DNA from: Hominilimicola sp.
GTDB taxonomy: Bacteria; Bacillota; Clostridia; UBA1381
Assembly (NCBI GenBank): GCA_051877355.1
Contig: JBJEIU010000181.1
Span: 1-47,088 of the forward strand
DNA: 47,088 nucleotides
Direction of reading: 5' to 3'
Shown here: positions 10,771-20,188 of the stretch, one piece after another
How positions within the stretch are numbered: the stretch's first letter is position 1
Layout: each line of letters starts with the position of its first letter
Made by a program: the position numbers and the translations under genes
Notes under the pieces: model-generated
Database searches by the model: none
Told to the model about the DNA's origin: nothing
Seen by the model: the letters and a program-made list of their open reading frames with translations, nothing else

Positions 10771-11757
10771 TTAGAATAGACCGTCCTGACCGGCCTTCTT
10801 AGCAAGACGGTTAGCAGTCTGGATACATATAATACTGATTACTGACTTAAACAGACCAACTGCGGTTGAATAACCGTAGTTACCCTCAACTCTACCATAC
10901 TGATAAACGTATGTATCGAATGTTTCGGATTTTTCTCTGTTCAGTGTGTTCTGCATAAGAATAATCTGTTCAAAACCTGTGTCAAGAACACTTCCCATAC
11001 GCAAAATAAACATTGTAACAATCGTGCCCAGGATTGCCGGCAAAGTTATGTAAATAAGCTGCTGGAAACGGTTTGCGCCATCCACGATAGCCGCCTCATA
11101 CTGCTCCACGTCAACACCCGCAAGAGCCGCAAGGAAGATAATCGTTCCCCAGCCTGTCTCTTTCCAGATGTTCTGGATAAGCAGCACCCAGTAAATCGCC
11201 CAGCCGCCGCCGAGCGCGTTTATCTCTTTACCTGTAAGAGCTTTAATGATTTCATAAAGCGCGCCGCCGCTCTGTGTTGCCGAAGACGGAGTTTTAACAA
11301 GCATGAATGTGATAGATGCAATGACAACCATTGATACAAAGTGAGGTACATAAACAAGTGTCTGAACCACCTTCTTGTACCACTGCACCTTCATTTCATT
11401 CAGAAGCAACGCCAAAATAATAGGAAGCGGGAAGTAGAATATGATATTCATTCCCGAGATTATAAGCGTATTTCTGAGAAGCTGCAAGAAACTTGAGTCC
11501 ATAAAGAATGATGTAAAGTTACCGAAGCCGACCCAATCTCTGAAGAAAGCATCGCCGAAAAATTTACTTGTTGCACCATAATCTTTAAAAGCGATTAATA
11601 TACCCCACATAGGTACAATTTTAAAGATTATAAAGTACAAAAATCCGGGCAAAAGCAATAAGTACATCCACTTATCTCTTTTAATCTGCGCCCATCTTTT
11701 TTGTTTTACCTGTGCTTTCTCCTCCGGTGAAAGCACAATCTTTTGAGCTTTAGCCAT
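10771..11757 (-). CDS. Carbohydrate ABC transporter permease (LplB/YteP-like)
   Basis: YVPHFVS, WKETGWGTIIFLAAL, YEAAIVDGA, STAVGLFKS. Confidence 0.93.
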   Translation of the reverse strand: MAKAQKIVLSPEEKAQVKQKRWAQIKRDKWMYLLLLPGFLYFIIFKIVPMWGILIAFKDYGATSKFFGDAFFRDWVGFGNFTSFFMDSSFLQLLRNTLIISGMNIIFYFPLPIILALLLNEMKVQWYKKVVQTLVYVPHFVSMVVIASITFMLVKTPSSATQSGGALYEIIKALTGKEINALGGGWAIYWVLLIQNIWKETGWGTIIFLAALAGVDVEQYEAAIVDGANRFQQLIYITLPAILGTIVTMFILRMGSVLDTGFEQIILMQNTLNREKSETFDTYVYQYGRVEGNYGYSTAVGLFKSVISIICIQTANRLAKKAGQDGLF

Positions 11758-11866
11758 AGTAGACCCTCCCTGAAAAGTTTCTGTTTGTGTTTTAATTTTC
11801 GGTGAAAATCATCGGAAACAGGGCACCTATCCGCAATTTGCACAAAAATTAAAATCTGATAAATAT

Positions 11867-11895
11867 ATTATAGCTTATTTCATATAATTTTGCAA
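11867..11895 (-). promoter_or_regulatory. SigA-type promoter of ABC operon
   Basis: TTGCAA-N17-TATAAT. Confidence 0.65.
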
Positions 11896-12070
11896 TAGTT
11901 TTTGTGAATAAATTGCAAAAATTATTAATTTTTTTTGATGTTTTGTATAAAATCAACATTAAATCATTTTTCAGCCTTAATACATTTAAAACAGTATTAT
12001 TTATTTTAGCATTAAACCGCTTCAAAAGTCCATAAAAAAATCAGTGCTTTTTTGTTTAATTTAACGATAA

Positions 12071-12100
12071 AAAACCGACGAAATTTTTTTCGTCGGTTTT
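12071..12100. terminator. Intrinsic terminator after GH105
   Basis: AAAACCGACGAAA-tttt-TTTCGTCGGTTTT. Confidence 0.8.
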
Positions 12101-12122
12101 CTTTGTTAAATATGACTAAACC

Positions 12123-14273
12123 TTATTCTGAAAGGTACTTGTTAAGTCTGATAACCTCAATACCCGCCAGCATTACAATGCCTGTGCCGTGGGTATCATT
12201 AAGGCGCCAGCCAAGCTCATACTTATAATAATCAGGAATAAAGGAGAACTCACTGCCGCGGCACACTCCGTATACATTGCCGTTTGAGTCCACGCTTGTC
12301 TTTGAAATAGCCTCCCATGCCTTATAAATGGACTTTACGTATTTTTCGGGATTTCTCAGCCACCCAAAACGCACACCTCTTGAGAAAGCATATATAAACA
12401 TTGATGTGCATGAGGTTTCGGGGTATGATTCAAGGTCATTAAGCACCTGATGCCACATTCCCTCATCGTCCTGAAGCGCAAGATAACCCTCGCATAGCGT
12501 ATTAAGGAATTCTATAAGGTCATTTTTCTTCGGATGATCCTCAGGCAGCGCCTCAAGAAGCTCTGTCATAGAGAACACAACCCAGCCGTTGCCGCGTCCC
12601 CACGGAACATTTGTCTTTGTATCGTACTTGAAGTCGTAAACGTGGGACATAATATTTTCTTCCGGCATGAACAGACGCTTCTTAAAGCCGAAGAACTGAT
12701 TTGCCGCATCGTCAATATACTTTTGGTCGCCTGTGAACTGATAATATCTCGTAAGGAACGGCACGCTCATGTAAAGGTCATCCGCCCACATTGTCTGATT
12801 GTGGAAGTGGTGCATCATTTCCTTGCGGAAGAATGTTCCGTCCTCAAGTCTCGCCTGGTGATTGAAGATGTAGTCACCCACGTAGTCAGCCACTTTCTTG
12901 ACATCCTTAAGTCCAAGACACTTATGAACCTCAAGCATCATTGACGCAAATGAACCGCAGTCATCAAGGCTGTCGATACTTGTAAGCAGATTATGTATGC
13001 CTGTTGCACCGCCATATTGCTCCTTATCCCACAGAGCATATTCAAGCGTGTCGATACACAGCTGCACATGATCTTTTATGTAATTCTGAATATCCTGTGA
13101 GCCAAGGATAAGGGCTGTGTGCAGAAGTCCGTACATTGTAACGCCAAGCGGATAATCCCAGTGACCGAAATGCGGATTTTCGTTATAAGGTCTTACAAAC
13201 GTATCGGGAGCGTCCAGTCGCCAGTATGTCTTTGGCTCGCCTACCACATGGAGCATATCAGAAGCTGTATCAAACGGGAAGTCGAAATCATTGTCAAATG
13301 TTCCTATGTACATCCATACATCATCCGTACCCTTTACTCTTGCTGCGTTTTCAAGCTTTGCGTCCGCACATTCAAGCGTGTAACCCCAATCACTTCCATT
13401 GCACAGGCACTTTACATATATATCGTATGTGCCAAACGGCAAATCAGCTTCAAAGGTTTCCTTTCCGCCCTTTGTTGTAAAGACTTCCTTCTTATTTATA
13501 TATACTGTCGTTTCACCCTTTGTATCAAGTGTAAATTTGTGGTTTGTATCCTTTATATCGTCAAAGAATGCCTTTGTGTAGCCTACGGCATAACGTCCGT
13601 CAGGCGTGCCGTACATACGTGTAAGCTGACCTTTTTTAAGCTCGTCAGCCGACCAATCCTTTTCTGGATAGAGCTTCTTTTCAAAATCTTTTTCACTCAT
13701 GCCGATTTCAAATTCAGGCTCATACGTATCTGACACAAGTTCCGTGAATACAAAGCCCTCCTGTCCGTCACGCTCCTTTGTCGGCATCAGAGTATAGAAA
13801 TCCCACTTGCCTATCCATGTGCCGAACTGAGCGCCGAAGCCTGCCTTTGTTTTCTTAAACTGAATTCTTATGTCGTTCCATCCGGGTTTGACGTCAAAGA
13901 AAACGCGTGTTGCCGTTTCGGAATATCTCTCTTTGAAAATATCCGACTTATACACAACCTCGCCGTTTACATACATTACCATAGGACCGAAGCAGTTAAT
14001 ATCAAAGCCGTAGCTTGAATTACCCTCACTGTAGGTCTTTGCGAACGCCCATACACAGTCCTTGTCCGTACTTTCGGGGAAAATCTTATTGAAATCAACA
14101 AGATATCTGTAATCCGTTGTGCGGACAATACCGTTATTGGTATATGCGCGGTAATAAAGTCCGTGCTTCAGATTTTGTCCCATATATCTGTATGCAAGCG
14201 ATGAAATTATGGCTTTCGGATCTGTGCCCTCATAGGCATTGATGCTGACGCTGTCATCAAAATAGTATCCCAT
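12123..14273 (-). CDS. GH105 unsaturated rhamnogalacturonyl hydrolase with ~350-aa N-terminal extension
   Basis: C-terminal WDY..G, LDD, WADDLYM, WGRGNGW, GMWHQVL, ETSCTSMF. Start moved to ATG 14273 after AAGGAGAG RBS (track start 14333). Confidence 0.88.
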   Translation of the reverse strand: MGYYFDDSVSINAYEGTDPKAIISSLAYRYMGQNLKHGLYYRAYTNNGIVRTTDYRYLVDFNKIFPESTDKDCVWAFAKTYSEGNSSYGFDINCFGPMVMYVNGEVVYKSDIFKERYSETATRVFFDVKPGWNDIRIQFKKTKAGFGAQFGTWIGKWDFYTLMPTKERDGQEGFVFTELVSDTYEPEFEIGMSEKDFEKKLYPEKDWSADELKKGQLTRMYGTPDGRYAVGYTKAFFDDIKDTNHKFTLDTKGETTVYINKKEVFTTKGGKETFEADLPFGTYDIYVKCLCNGSDWGYTLECADAKLENAARVKGTDDVWMYIGTFDNDFDFPFDTASDMLHVVGEPKTYWRLDAPDTFVRPYNENPHFGHWDYPLGVTMYGLLHTALILGSQDIQNYIKDHVQLCIDTLEYALWDKEQYGGATGIHNLLTSIDSLDDCGSFASMMLEVHKCLGLKDVKKVADYVGDYIFNHQARLEDGTFFRKEMMHHFHNQTMWADDLYMSVPFLTRYYQFTGDQKYIDDAANQFFGFKKRLFMPEENIMSHVYDFKYDTKTNVPWGRGNGWVVFSMTELLEALPEDHPKKNDLIEFLNTLCEGYLALQDDEGMWHQVLNDLESYPETSCTSMFIYAFSRGVRFGWLRNPEKYVKSIYKAWEAISKTSVDSNGNVYGVCRGSEFSFIPDYYKYELGWRLNDTHGTGIVMLAGIEVIRLNKYLSE

Positions 14274-14310
14274 GTTTTTTCTCTCCTTATAACAATATTT
14301 TATTAGTTTA

Positions 14311-14340
14311 ATTATACCATTACATATTGTCAATTGTCAA
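14311..14340 (-). promoter_or_regulatory. SigA-type promoter of GH105 with tandem TTGACAA repeat
   Basis: TTGACA-N18-TATAAT, extended TG; TTGACAA-TTGACAA direct repeat. Confidence 0.6.
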
Positions 14341-14399
14341 TGCAAAATAAGGTATTTCTTATCGCAAAAAACAGGAACACCAATTACGCTTTCCGCCGC

Positions 14400-16379
14400 C
14401 TATTCCGTATAAATCAGCACCACATCATTTTCTTCATCATAATCAACCGTTATGTCAAGAACACCCCTTTCGGCAAGACCGCGCAGAAGATAGCAGTTCC
14501 AGCCGTTCACGAACACCTGACCGCCTGCCGATACCTGTTTCCCGTCACATAAAAGCGCCGAAGTGCCGGCTGCCTTCTGCCCCGCCGTTTCCACCTCCGG
14601 AATTTCCTCCATTGCTGTGCCGTCCGGGGTGTACGGCTTACCCGGGATAATGTTTACCGTAAAGGTTTTCTCATCATACACCACATCAAACTGCGCTTTT
14701 GTGCCGCTTAAAAGCCTTGCAAGGTCACGTATCCTGATATAGTTGTAGCCGCTGCTGTTGTATGCAAACAATGTCTGCGGCTCGCCGCCGTTTACCGACA
14801 CACGCTGCGCCGTCGGATAAACCGTACCGAGATATGTGCCGTTTTCAAAATAGTCAAGGGCGGTTGCATAGTCTATACCGTATTCGGTTTTAAAAATATT
14901 CTCCGTTATGCTCTGCAAATACTCCACGGCATTCTCGTCAAAGGCACTGACAAGTCCGAGTGATTTCATCACCTCGTCATATGTTCCTCCAGTATATGAG
15001 CAGGCTTCAAAATATTTTTCCACACCTGCGTTCTTGTCGCGCAGGTACAAATCATAAACCTGCGCCGCCGCAAACATAGTAAGCGAGTATCTTATATATG
15101 TACCCGGATTTGTAAAATAAAATTCACAGTTTTTATACCACTCGTCACCAAACGCGCTTTTCAGATAGAGGTCAATTTCTTCCGCTTCCGCCTCAAGCGT
15201 ATGCTTACTGTACAACGTCATCTCGCATGCTGTCAGATTTGCAGCAGAGCCAATCCCCTGTAATGATGACACAAGGGTGCAAAACCTCATAGCGTCCGCA
15301 TTTTCACCGTAAATTTCATCATAATAATCCATCGCAAGCAGCTCAAGCATCTGAGAGTCAAACTCAACAAGCGGCGTACGCTCTCCGAAATATGCGTCCT
15401 CATTATCCGTTTCATTGTTCAGATGGGACTGGAAATGGCCAAACTCGTGAATAAGCGTACTTATCACATCATAGGACGAAACGACAACCTCCGAGTCATC
15501 ATAGTGATTCAGCCAATAGGTTGATCCTGTGTATTTTTCGTCATTTTTCTGCCAGAAGCATAAATTGTTTCTCACCATATATTCATACGCGCTTTCCAGC
15601 TTTGGGTCGATTTCTCCGACAAAAGAAAGTGCTTCAAGCGGATTCTGAACATCAATATCACCCTTTATGTCCGCAAGACCGAGATGTGTTCCGTAATTTT
15701 TGAATTTATTGACATAGTACCAGTAATCGCCTGTATCATTGCAGTATTTCCACTGCTGCTCCATGGTGACGCCATATGCTGTGGTTTCCTCGCCCGTTGC
15801 CACATTTCCGCTTTCAATGCTGTATGTAATTATTCCTTTTAACAGCTTTGCAAACTCAATGCTTTCAGCATTTTTGTCAAGCAGTTCGTAATATCTGTCG
15901 TGAAAGTCCTTGTATGCTTTATTGGTTTCACCGCCGATACTCTCTATCTGCTCTGTTCTTTCCTCGCCCCAGTATTCTCTGAACTTATCGGCGTACCCAC
16001 TGTCAAGAATAGATTTTATAGCAAGGTCAATCCTATCTCCGTATTCCAACGCCGTATCAAAATCAGCATTAATCTGTTCTCTGTCATAGCTTCCCTCAAA
16101 ATCATAATTAAGCTTTTCAATCTCAGCAAAATTAAGCTGACGCGTGTCAAAAACCTCCGCCGACAAATCAATAAGCGTCTTATAATCCTCAAACACCTTG
16201 TCATAGTTATTTGATTTTGCCAAATCCTTTTTCAGATTTTCTATAGCTGTATCCACCCTCACTGTGTTCACTGTCAGCGGTCTTTCCTCAAATGGTATAT
16301 CCGACGGCGCGGCAAATACCGCCGCTGACGAAACCAGTATTGATACGGATAATATTATTAATAAAATTTTCTTTTTCAT
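14400..16379 (-). CDS. Secreted zinc metallopeptidase (HExxH, M3-like) with C-terminal surface/stalk domain
   Basis: Signal peptide ending AVFA; TLIHEFGH followed by EFDSQMLEL; C-terminal NYIRIRDLA...FDVVYD. Confidence 0.6.
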   Translation of the reverse strand: MKKKILLIILSVSILVSSAAVFAAPSDIPFEERPLTVNTVRVDTAIENLKKDLAKSNNYDKVFEDYKTLIDLSAEVFDTRQLNFAEIEKLNYDFEGSYDREQINADFDTALEYGDRIDLAIKSILDSGYADKFREYWGEERTEQIESIGGETNKAYKDFHDRYYELLDKNAESIEFAKLLKGIITYSIESGNVATGEETTAYGVTMEQQWKYCNDTGDYWYYVNKFKNYGTHLGLADIKGDIDVQNPLEALSFVGEIDPKLESAYEYMVRNNLCFWQKNDEKYTGSTYWLNHYDDSEVVVSSYDVISTLIHEFGHFQSHLNNETDNEDAYFGERTPLVEFDSQMLELLAMDYYDEIYGENADAMRFCTLVSSLQGIGSAANLTACEMTLYSKHTLEAEAEEIDLYLKSAFGDEWYKNCEFYFTNPGTYIRYSLTMFAAAQVYDLYLRDKNAGVEKYFEACSYTGGTYDEVMKSLGLVSAFDENAVEYLQSITENIFKTEYGIDYATALDYFENGTYLGTVYPTAQRVSVNGGEPQTLFAYNSSGYNYIRIRDLARLLSGTKAQFDVVYDEKTFTVNIIPGKPYTPDGTAMEEIPEVETAGQKAAGTSALLCDGKQVSAGGQVFVNGWNCYLLRGLAERGVLDITVDYDEENDVVLIYTE

Positions 16380-16394
16380 AATTTTGTCCTTTCC

Positions 16395-17252
16395 TTAATA
16401 ATTGTCACCTTTCATTCCCTTTTGCTCATCGCCGTATTTATCACGCCGCAAACCAAAAACAGCCAATTCCGCCATTCTGATTTTTCTGCCGTTCTTTTCT
16501 CTGCCCTCCGCAAGAATGTTAACGTCCTCCATAGGCTCACCGTCACTCAGCCTGAACCATCCCGCCACAAGCGTAAAGGGTTTGATTTCCCTGCGACTCT
16601 TTACGGAAATCATGTATATGATAAGACAGAACCACCACGCAAAGTATTCCACTCCGAACACCATATGATCCTTAGGCAAAAGCGGCAGATACAGCGGCTC
16701 AAACGGTATTTTTACATCAGGAAAATAAGCATAATACCACGGACGCACAAAAAATCCGGATACCTGCAAAAAAAACATAACAGTCGTCCACCCGGCAAAA
16801 AAGCCGAGAGTAATCCAACAGCCGTCACGCAGTGAAATCATCAGTCTGCCGCGCCGCAGATACAGCACATTTGCAACCGCGAAAACTACAAGAATTGTTA
16901 TTATAGCAGCCGAACTGTACCCCGTGCGGATAGTGCCGTTATATATCTTATAAATAAGCGGATAGCCAATATAAATCAGTGCTGTGACAACTGCCGCCCA
17001 TATCATAAGTCCATAACGGCTGTTAAACGGCATTTTGTAATGCTTGTTGAACATTCCGCCGATTTCCCTTGCATTACCCATATGCGAGGCGGCTATTGCC
17101 ATTGAAGTATCATAATCATAGCCAGACTCCATATACTGTCCTGCAATTTCCTCCATGTGCGATTTCATCTCGTCCCACAATTCCTTATGTATCGACTTAT
17201 ACCGCACCTCATCGCACATTCTGTCCAAAAAGTCATATACGCTGAAGCCCAT
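16395..17252 (-). CDS. Membrane protein with N-terminal permease-prefix/HAAS-type helical domain
   Basis: ELWDEMKSHMEE...G.....A...MGNAREIG followed by TM helices; overlaps padR. Confidence 0.75.
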   Translation of the reverse strand: MGFSVYDFLDRMCDEVRYKSIHKELWDEMKSHMEEIAGQYMESGYDYDTSMAIAASHMGNAREIGGMFNKHYKMPFNSRYGLMIWAAVVTALIYIGYPLIYKIYNGTIRTGYSSAAIITILVVFAVANVLYLRRGRLMISLRDGCWITLGFFAGWTTVMFFLQVSGFFVRPWYYAYFPDVKIPFEPLYLPLLPKDHMVFGVEYFAWWFCLIIYMISVKSRREIKPFTLVAGWFRLSDGEPMEDVNILAEGREKNGRKIRMAELAVFGLRRDKYGDEQKGMKGDNY

Positions 17253-17586
17253 AATCCTCTCCTCCCGCTATGATACTGTTCATAGCCTCCATAAAGGTAC
17301 TCCATTCCCTTTGCTTGTGACAGAGCATTTCCCTGCCGTCGTCAGTTATTTTGTAATACTTGCGCCGTCTGCCCTCAGCGCTGTCCTGCCAATAGGATTC
17401 AACCGCGCCCTCCTTTTCCAGCGCGTGGAGCGTGGGATAAAGCGTCCCCTCCTTCATATCAAAGGTGTTGTCCGAACGCCTTTTAAGCTCCTGCGTAATC
17501 TGGTAGCCGTACATGTCTGCTCCGTCAAGAAGCGTCAGTATCAATATTGATGTACTGCCTTTCATTAATTCCTTATTGATTTTCAT
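17233..17586 (-). CDS. PadR family transcriptional regulator
   Basis: ELMKGS..ILIL.LL..MYGYQI, EGTLYPTLHALEKEG, RRKYYKIT..G; probable start ATG 17586. Confidence 0.95.
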   Translation of the reverse strand: MKINKELMKGSTSILILTLLDGADMYGYQITQELKRRSDNTFDMKEGTLYPTLHALEKEGAVESYWQDSAEGRRRKYYKITDDGREMLCHKQREWSTFMEAMNSIIAGGEDYGLQRI

Positions 17587-17603
17587 ACATACCACGTCTT
17601 TCT

Positions 17604-17655
17604 ATATACATCTTAATTCTATGTACATATTACCACTTTGTATATCGGCTGTCAA
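17604..17655 (-). promoter_or_regulatory. padR promoter with probable autoregulatory operator
   Basis: TTGACA-N17-TAATAT (17627-17655); inverted repeat TACAT-N9-ATGTA (17607-17625) over the predicted start site. Confidence 0.6.
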
Positions 17656-17789
17656 TATATTTTTAGCAAAATCACGCCATGATGAAAAAATTTCAAGTTT
17701 TTTAAGAAAAACTATTGTAAAATTTAAAATTTATGATATAATGGTTGGGTATTTAGTGATTTACTTAAGAGATAAAGGAGGTTTATTCA

Positions 17790-18032
17790 ATGCAGACCGT
17801 ATTTATAGTAGCTCATCTGATTGTTACGGTGCTTCTTATATTTATAGTTATGGCTCAGGAGGGCAAGGACCCCGGTATGAGAGGTATTCAGGGCGCATCT
17901 TCCGATATGGGTGATTCATTCTTCAAGAAGAACGGCGGAACCACAAAGGAAGCTATGTTCACAAAGCTTACTACGACTTTAGCTATTCTTTTCCTTGTAA
18001 CAACAATGGTTCTTGTTATTCTTGCAGCGTAA
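17790..18032 (+). CDS. secG: Preprotein translocase subunit SecG
   Basis: 80 aa, two TM helices, Q.GK..G..G..G linker, TKLTT.LAILF; AAAGGAGG RBS; TTGTAA-N16-TATAAT upstream. Confidence 0.9.
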   Translation: MQTVFIVAHLIVTVLLIFIVMAQEGKDPGMRGIQGASSDMGDSFFKKNGGTTKEAMFTKLTTTLAILFLVTTMVLVILAA

Positions 18033-18053
18033 AACATAATACGAAAAACAATT

Positions 18054-18131
18054 GCCTGCCTTTCGGCAGGCTTTTTTCATGCCCTTTCGGGCATGAAAAA
18101 AAAGAGCGTTTCATCAAAAAAACGCTCTTTT
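18054..18131. terminator. Three adjacent terminator hairpins between convergent secG and GT2
   Basis: GCCTGCC-tttc-GGCAGGC-T6; CATGCCC-tttc-GGGCATG; AAAAGAGCGTTT..AAACGCTCTTTT. Confidence 0.8.
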
Positions 18132-18134
18132 AAA

Positions 18135-19412
18135 TTACTTTTTCACTTTTTCCCTTGTCTGTTCAATTTTATCCGAGCTTACCGTAGGTCCGTGATGACG
18201 GGTCGGCTCCCACTCAACATTCTTGAATATCGCCACGATTGAAATCGGCGCATACGTGAACAGGAATACCGGAAAGCTGAACAGATATTTTATTTTCTTC
18301 CATGTGCTGGTGTGTATGCGCTTGCTTTCAGTCAGCGTGGTGACAAGTCCGATACAGAACATCATTATATACGCGCCCGCAACCCACTGACATAGCGAGA
18401 TTATAAGCGATACCCAATCCTCGCCGCGATGAATACCCAAAGCAAGCGCAACGGCGTTTATAACAACTATGAACGCCGTAATAAAAATCGACGGAAGAAT
18501 AGTCATACACATATCATAGCAGGTAGACTTGTTCTTTTTAAATATAGACCCTATAAGCTTAAAACCATACTTCTTAAATACCTGCAAAAATCCTCTCGCC
18601 CACCTCAATCGCTGTGTCCAGGACTGCTTAAAGGTCTGCGGCTGCTCATCATACAAAATCGCGTCTGAGCAATAGGCAATCTTTTCACCCGCCATTGCAT
18701 TGGCAATGGAGAATTCTATATCCTCCGTCAGCAAAAAGAATTTCCAACCGCCTATTTTCTGAATAACGTCCTTATGAACAAGGAATCCGGTACCCGATAT
18801 TGCACACCCGCTTCCAAGAAGCATTCTCGAATGATTAAGGAACTTTGATTCCCTTATGTACCACAGTGCATATCCCGCCGTTATCCAGTTTGTGCCGTAG
18901 TTTGTGGAATTTCTGTAGCTGGTGATAATTCTGTGTCCGTCCGAAAATGTACGGTTCATCGCGCTTATGTAATTTGTATCAAGAATATTATCCGCGTCAA
19001 ATACGAAAAATCCGTCGTAATAATCTCTTCCGTGCTCATCAAATATCCTATTTAATGCGTAATCAAGAGCATAGCCCTTGCCCACCTTTTCCATATCGTT
19101 TCGGACAAACACTATCGCCCCCGCCTTTTCAGCCTCCTCGGCAGTTTTATCCGTACAGTTATCCGCAATAACATATATATCAATCAGCTCCTGCGGATAA
19201 TCCTGATGATGAATGGAATTAACCAGTGTCGCAATAACGTTTTCCTCGTTTCTTGCCGAAATCAATACTGCAAATCTGTGAAGCGTCGTTTCCTTGTGCG
19301 GCTTATCCTTCTTTATGAACGGGATAAGAAAATAGACAAGCTGGTAAAAATACAGCAAAAAAAACAACACGCCCACAATTAAATCAATATTTTTAACTGT
19401 CTCTATAATCAT
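18135..19412 (-). CDS. GT2 family processive membrane glycosyltransferase
   Basis: ARNEE, DNCTD, GKGYAL, DAD, TED, QRLRW (D,D,D,QxxRW); start moved to ATG 19412 after GAGGGG. Confidence 0.92.
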   Translation of the reverse strand: MIIETVKNIDLIVGVLFFLLYFYQLVYFLIPFIKKDKPHKETTLHRFAVLISARNEENVIATLVNSIHHQDYPQELIDIYVIADNCTDKTAEEAEKAGAIVFVRNDMEKVGKGYALDYALNRIFDEHGRDYYDGFFVFDADNILDTNYISAMNRTFSDGHRIITSYRNSTNYGTNWITAGYALWYIRESKFLNHSRMLLGSGCAISGTGFLVHKDVIQKIGGWKFFLLTEDIEFSIANAMAGEKIAYCSDAILYDEQPQTFKQSWTQRLRWARGFLQVFKKYGFKLIGSIFKKNKSTCYDMCMTILPSIFITAFIVVINAVALALGIHRGEDWVSLIISLCQWVAGAYIMMFCIGLVTTLTESKRIHTSTWKKIKYLFSFPVFLFTYAPISIVAIFKNVEWEPTRHHGPTVSSDKIEQTREKVKK

Positions 19413-19635
19413 TATATTCCCCTCTGTAAATCCTTCCCAAAGCCACATATCGCCTGTCGTCAAGCACAACTGCCCCCACAGAAGTATTCTTGTCTAAGCT
19501 GTCACATGCCTTTGTTTAACGCCCTTGTTATGAAAAGCTTTTACCGAAAAATCATGTACAATCTGTTATCGCATTGATTCAGACATATATTGTTTTATTT
19601 TCATTAAAATAAAGCAGACAGAGCCTGCTCAGGTA

Positions 19636-19673
19636 ATTTATGTTATAATAACATAAATCCTTCGTTTAGTCAA
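19636..19673 (-). promoter_or_regulatory. SigA-type promoter with 23-bp palindromic operator over the -10 box
   Basis: TTGACT-N17-TATTAT; palindrome ATTTATGTTAT-A-ATAACATAAAT (19636-19658). Confidence 0.55.
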
Positions 19674-19810
19674 TAATCTTTATACGCTTATTAAGGTTAA
19701 ATAAGGTATAATCTATTTTACTCTTTTTGTGTGAAAATAGCAATACATTTATGAAAAATTTTTTAAATTTATAATTATTAATAAATTATAAACCCCCAAT
19801 GTGATATTTT

Positions 19811-19972
19811 TTAGTACGGAATTGAAGAAATTATAATATAAAGTCCTGTGCATATAATAGATAATGCGGAAAAGAACACTATAAGTTCCCCCTTAAGACG
19901 CTTCTCACGGCGCTTGTTTCTGTAACTTGCAGAAGCTATATATATACTGTGTTTTTCATATTGTGTTTTCAT
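19811..19972 (-). CDS. 53-aa membrane microprotein (not in ORF track)
   Basis: MKTQYEKHSIYIASASYRNKRREKRLKGELIVFFSALSIICTGLYIIISSIPY; AAAGGAAG RBS; basic patch then C-terminal TM. Confidence 0.6.
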   Translation of the reverse strand: MKTQYEKHSIYIASASYRNKRREKRLKGELIVFFSALSIICTGLYIIISSIPY

Positions 19973-20013
19973 GTTAACATCTTCCTTTGTAAAAATTTTA
20001 TGTTATGATTATA

Positions 20014-20042
20014 TGTATATGCGCATAATTTACAGAATATTC
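20014..20042 (-). promoter_or_regulatory. SigmaE-like sporulation promoter of the microprotein
   Basis: GAATATT-N14-CATATACA(T). Confidence 0.45.
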
Positions 20043-20188
20043 CATTTAATTTGATAAAAAATAAAATATTTGTAAACATAATAAAAAAGGGGTTTTAAAA
20101 TTTATATCATTGTGATATAATGTAAAATCCAAGGGTGGATTTACTTTTCAGATGATATCCGTTTTTAAATATAGAAAGGAAAAAAAAG

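Noticed and set aside
19440-19590. c-di-AMP (ydaO) riboswitch suggested by CTGAATC in the GT2 leader
   Set aside because: Other conserved ydaO elements are absent
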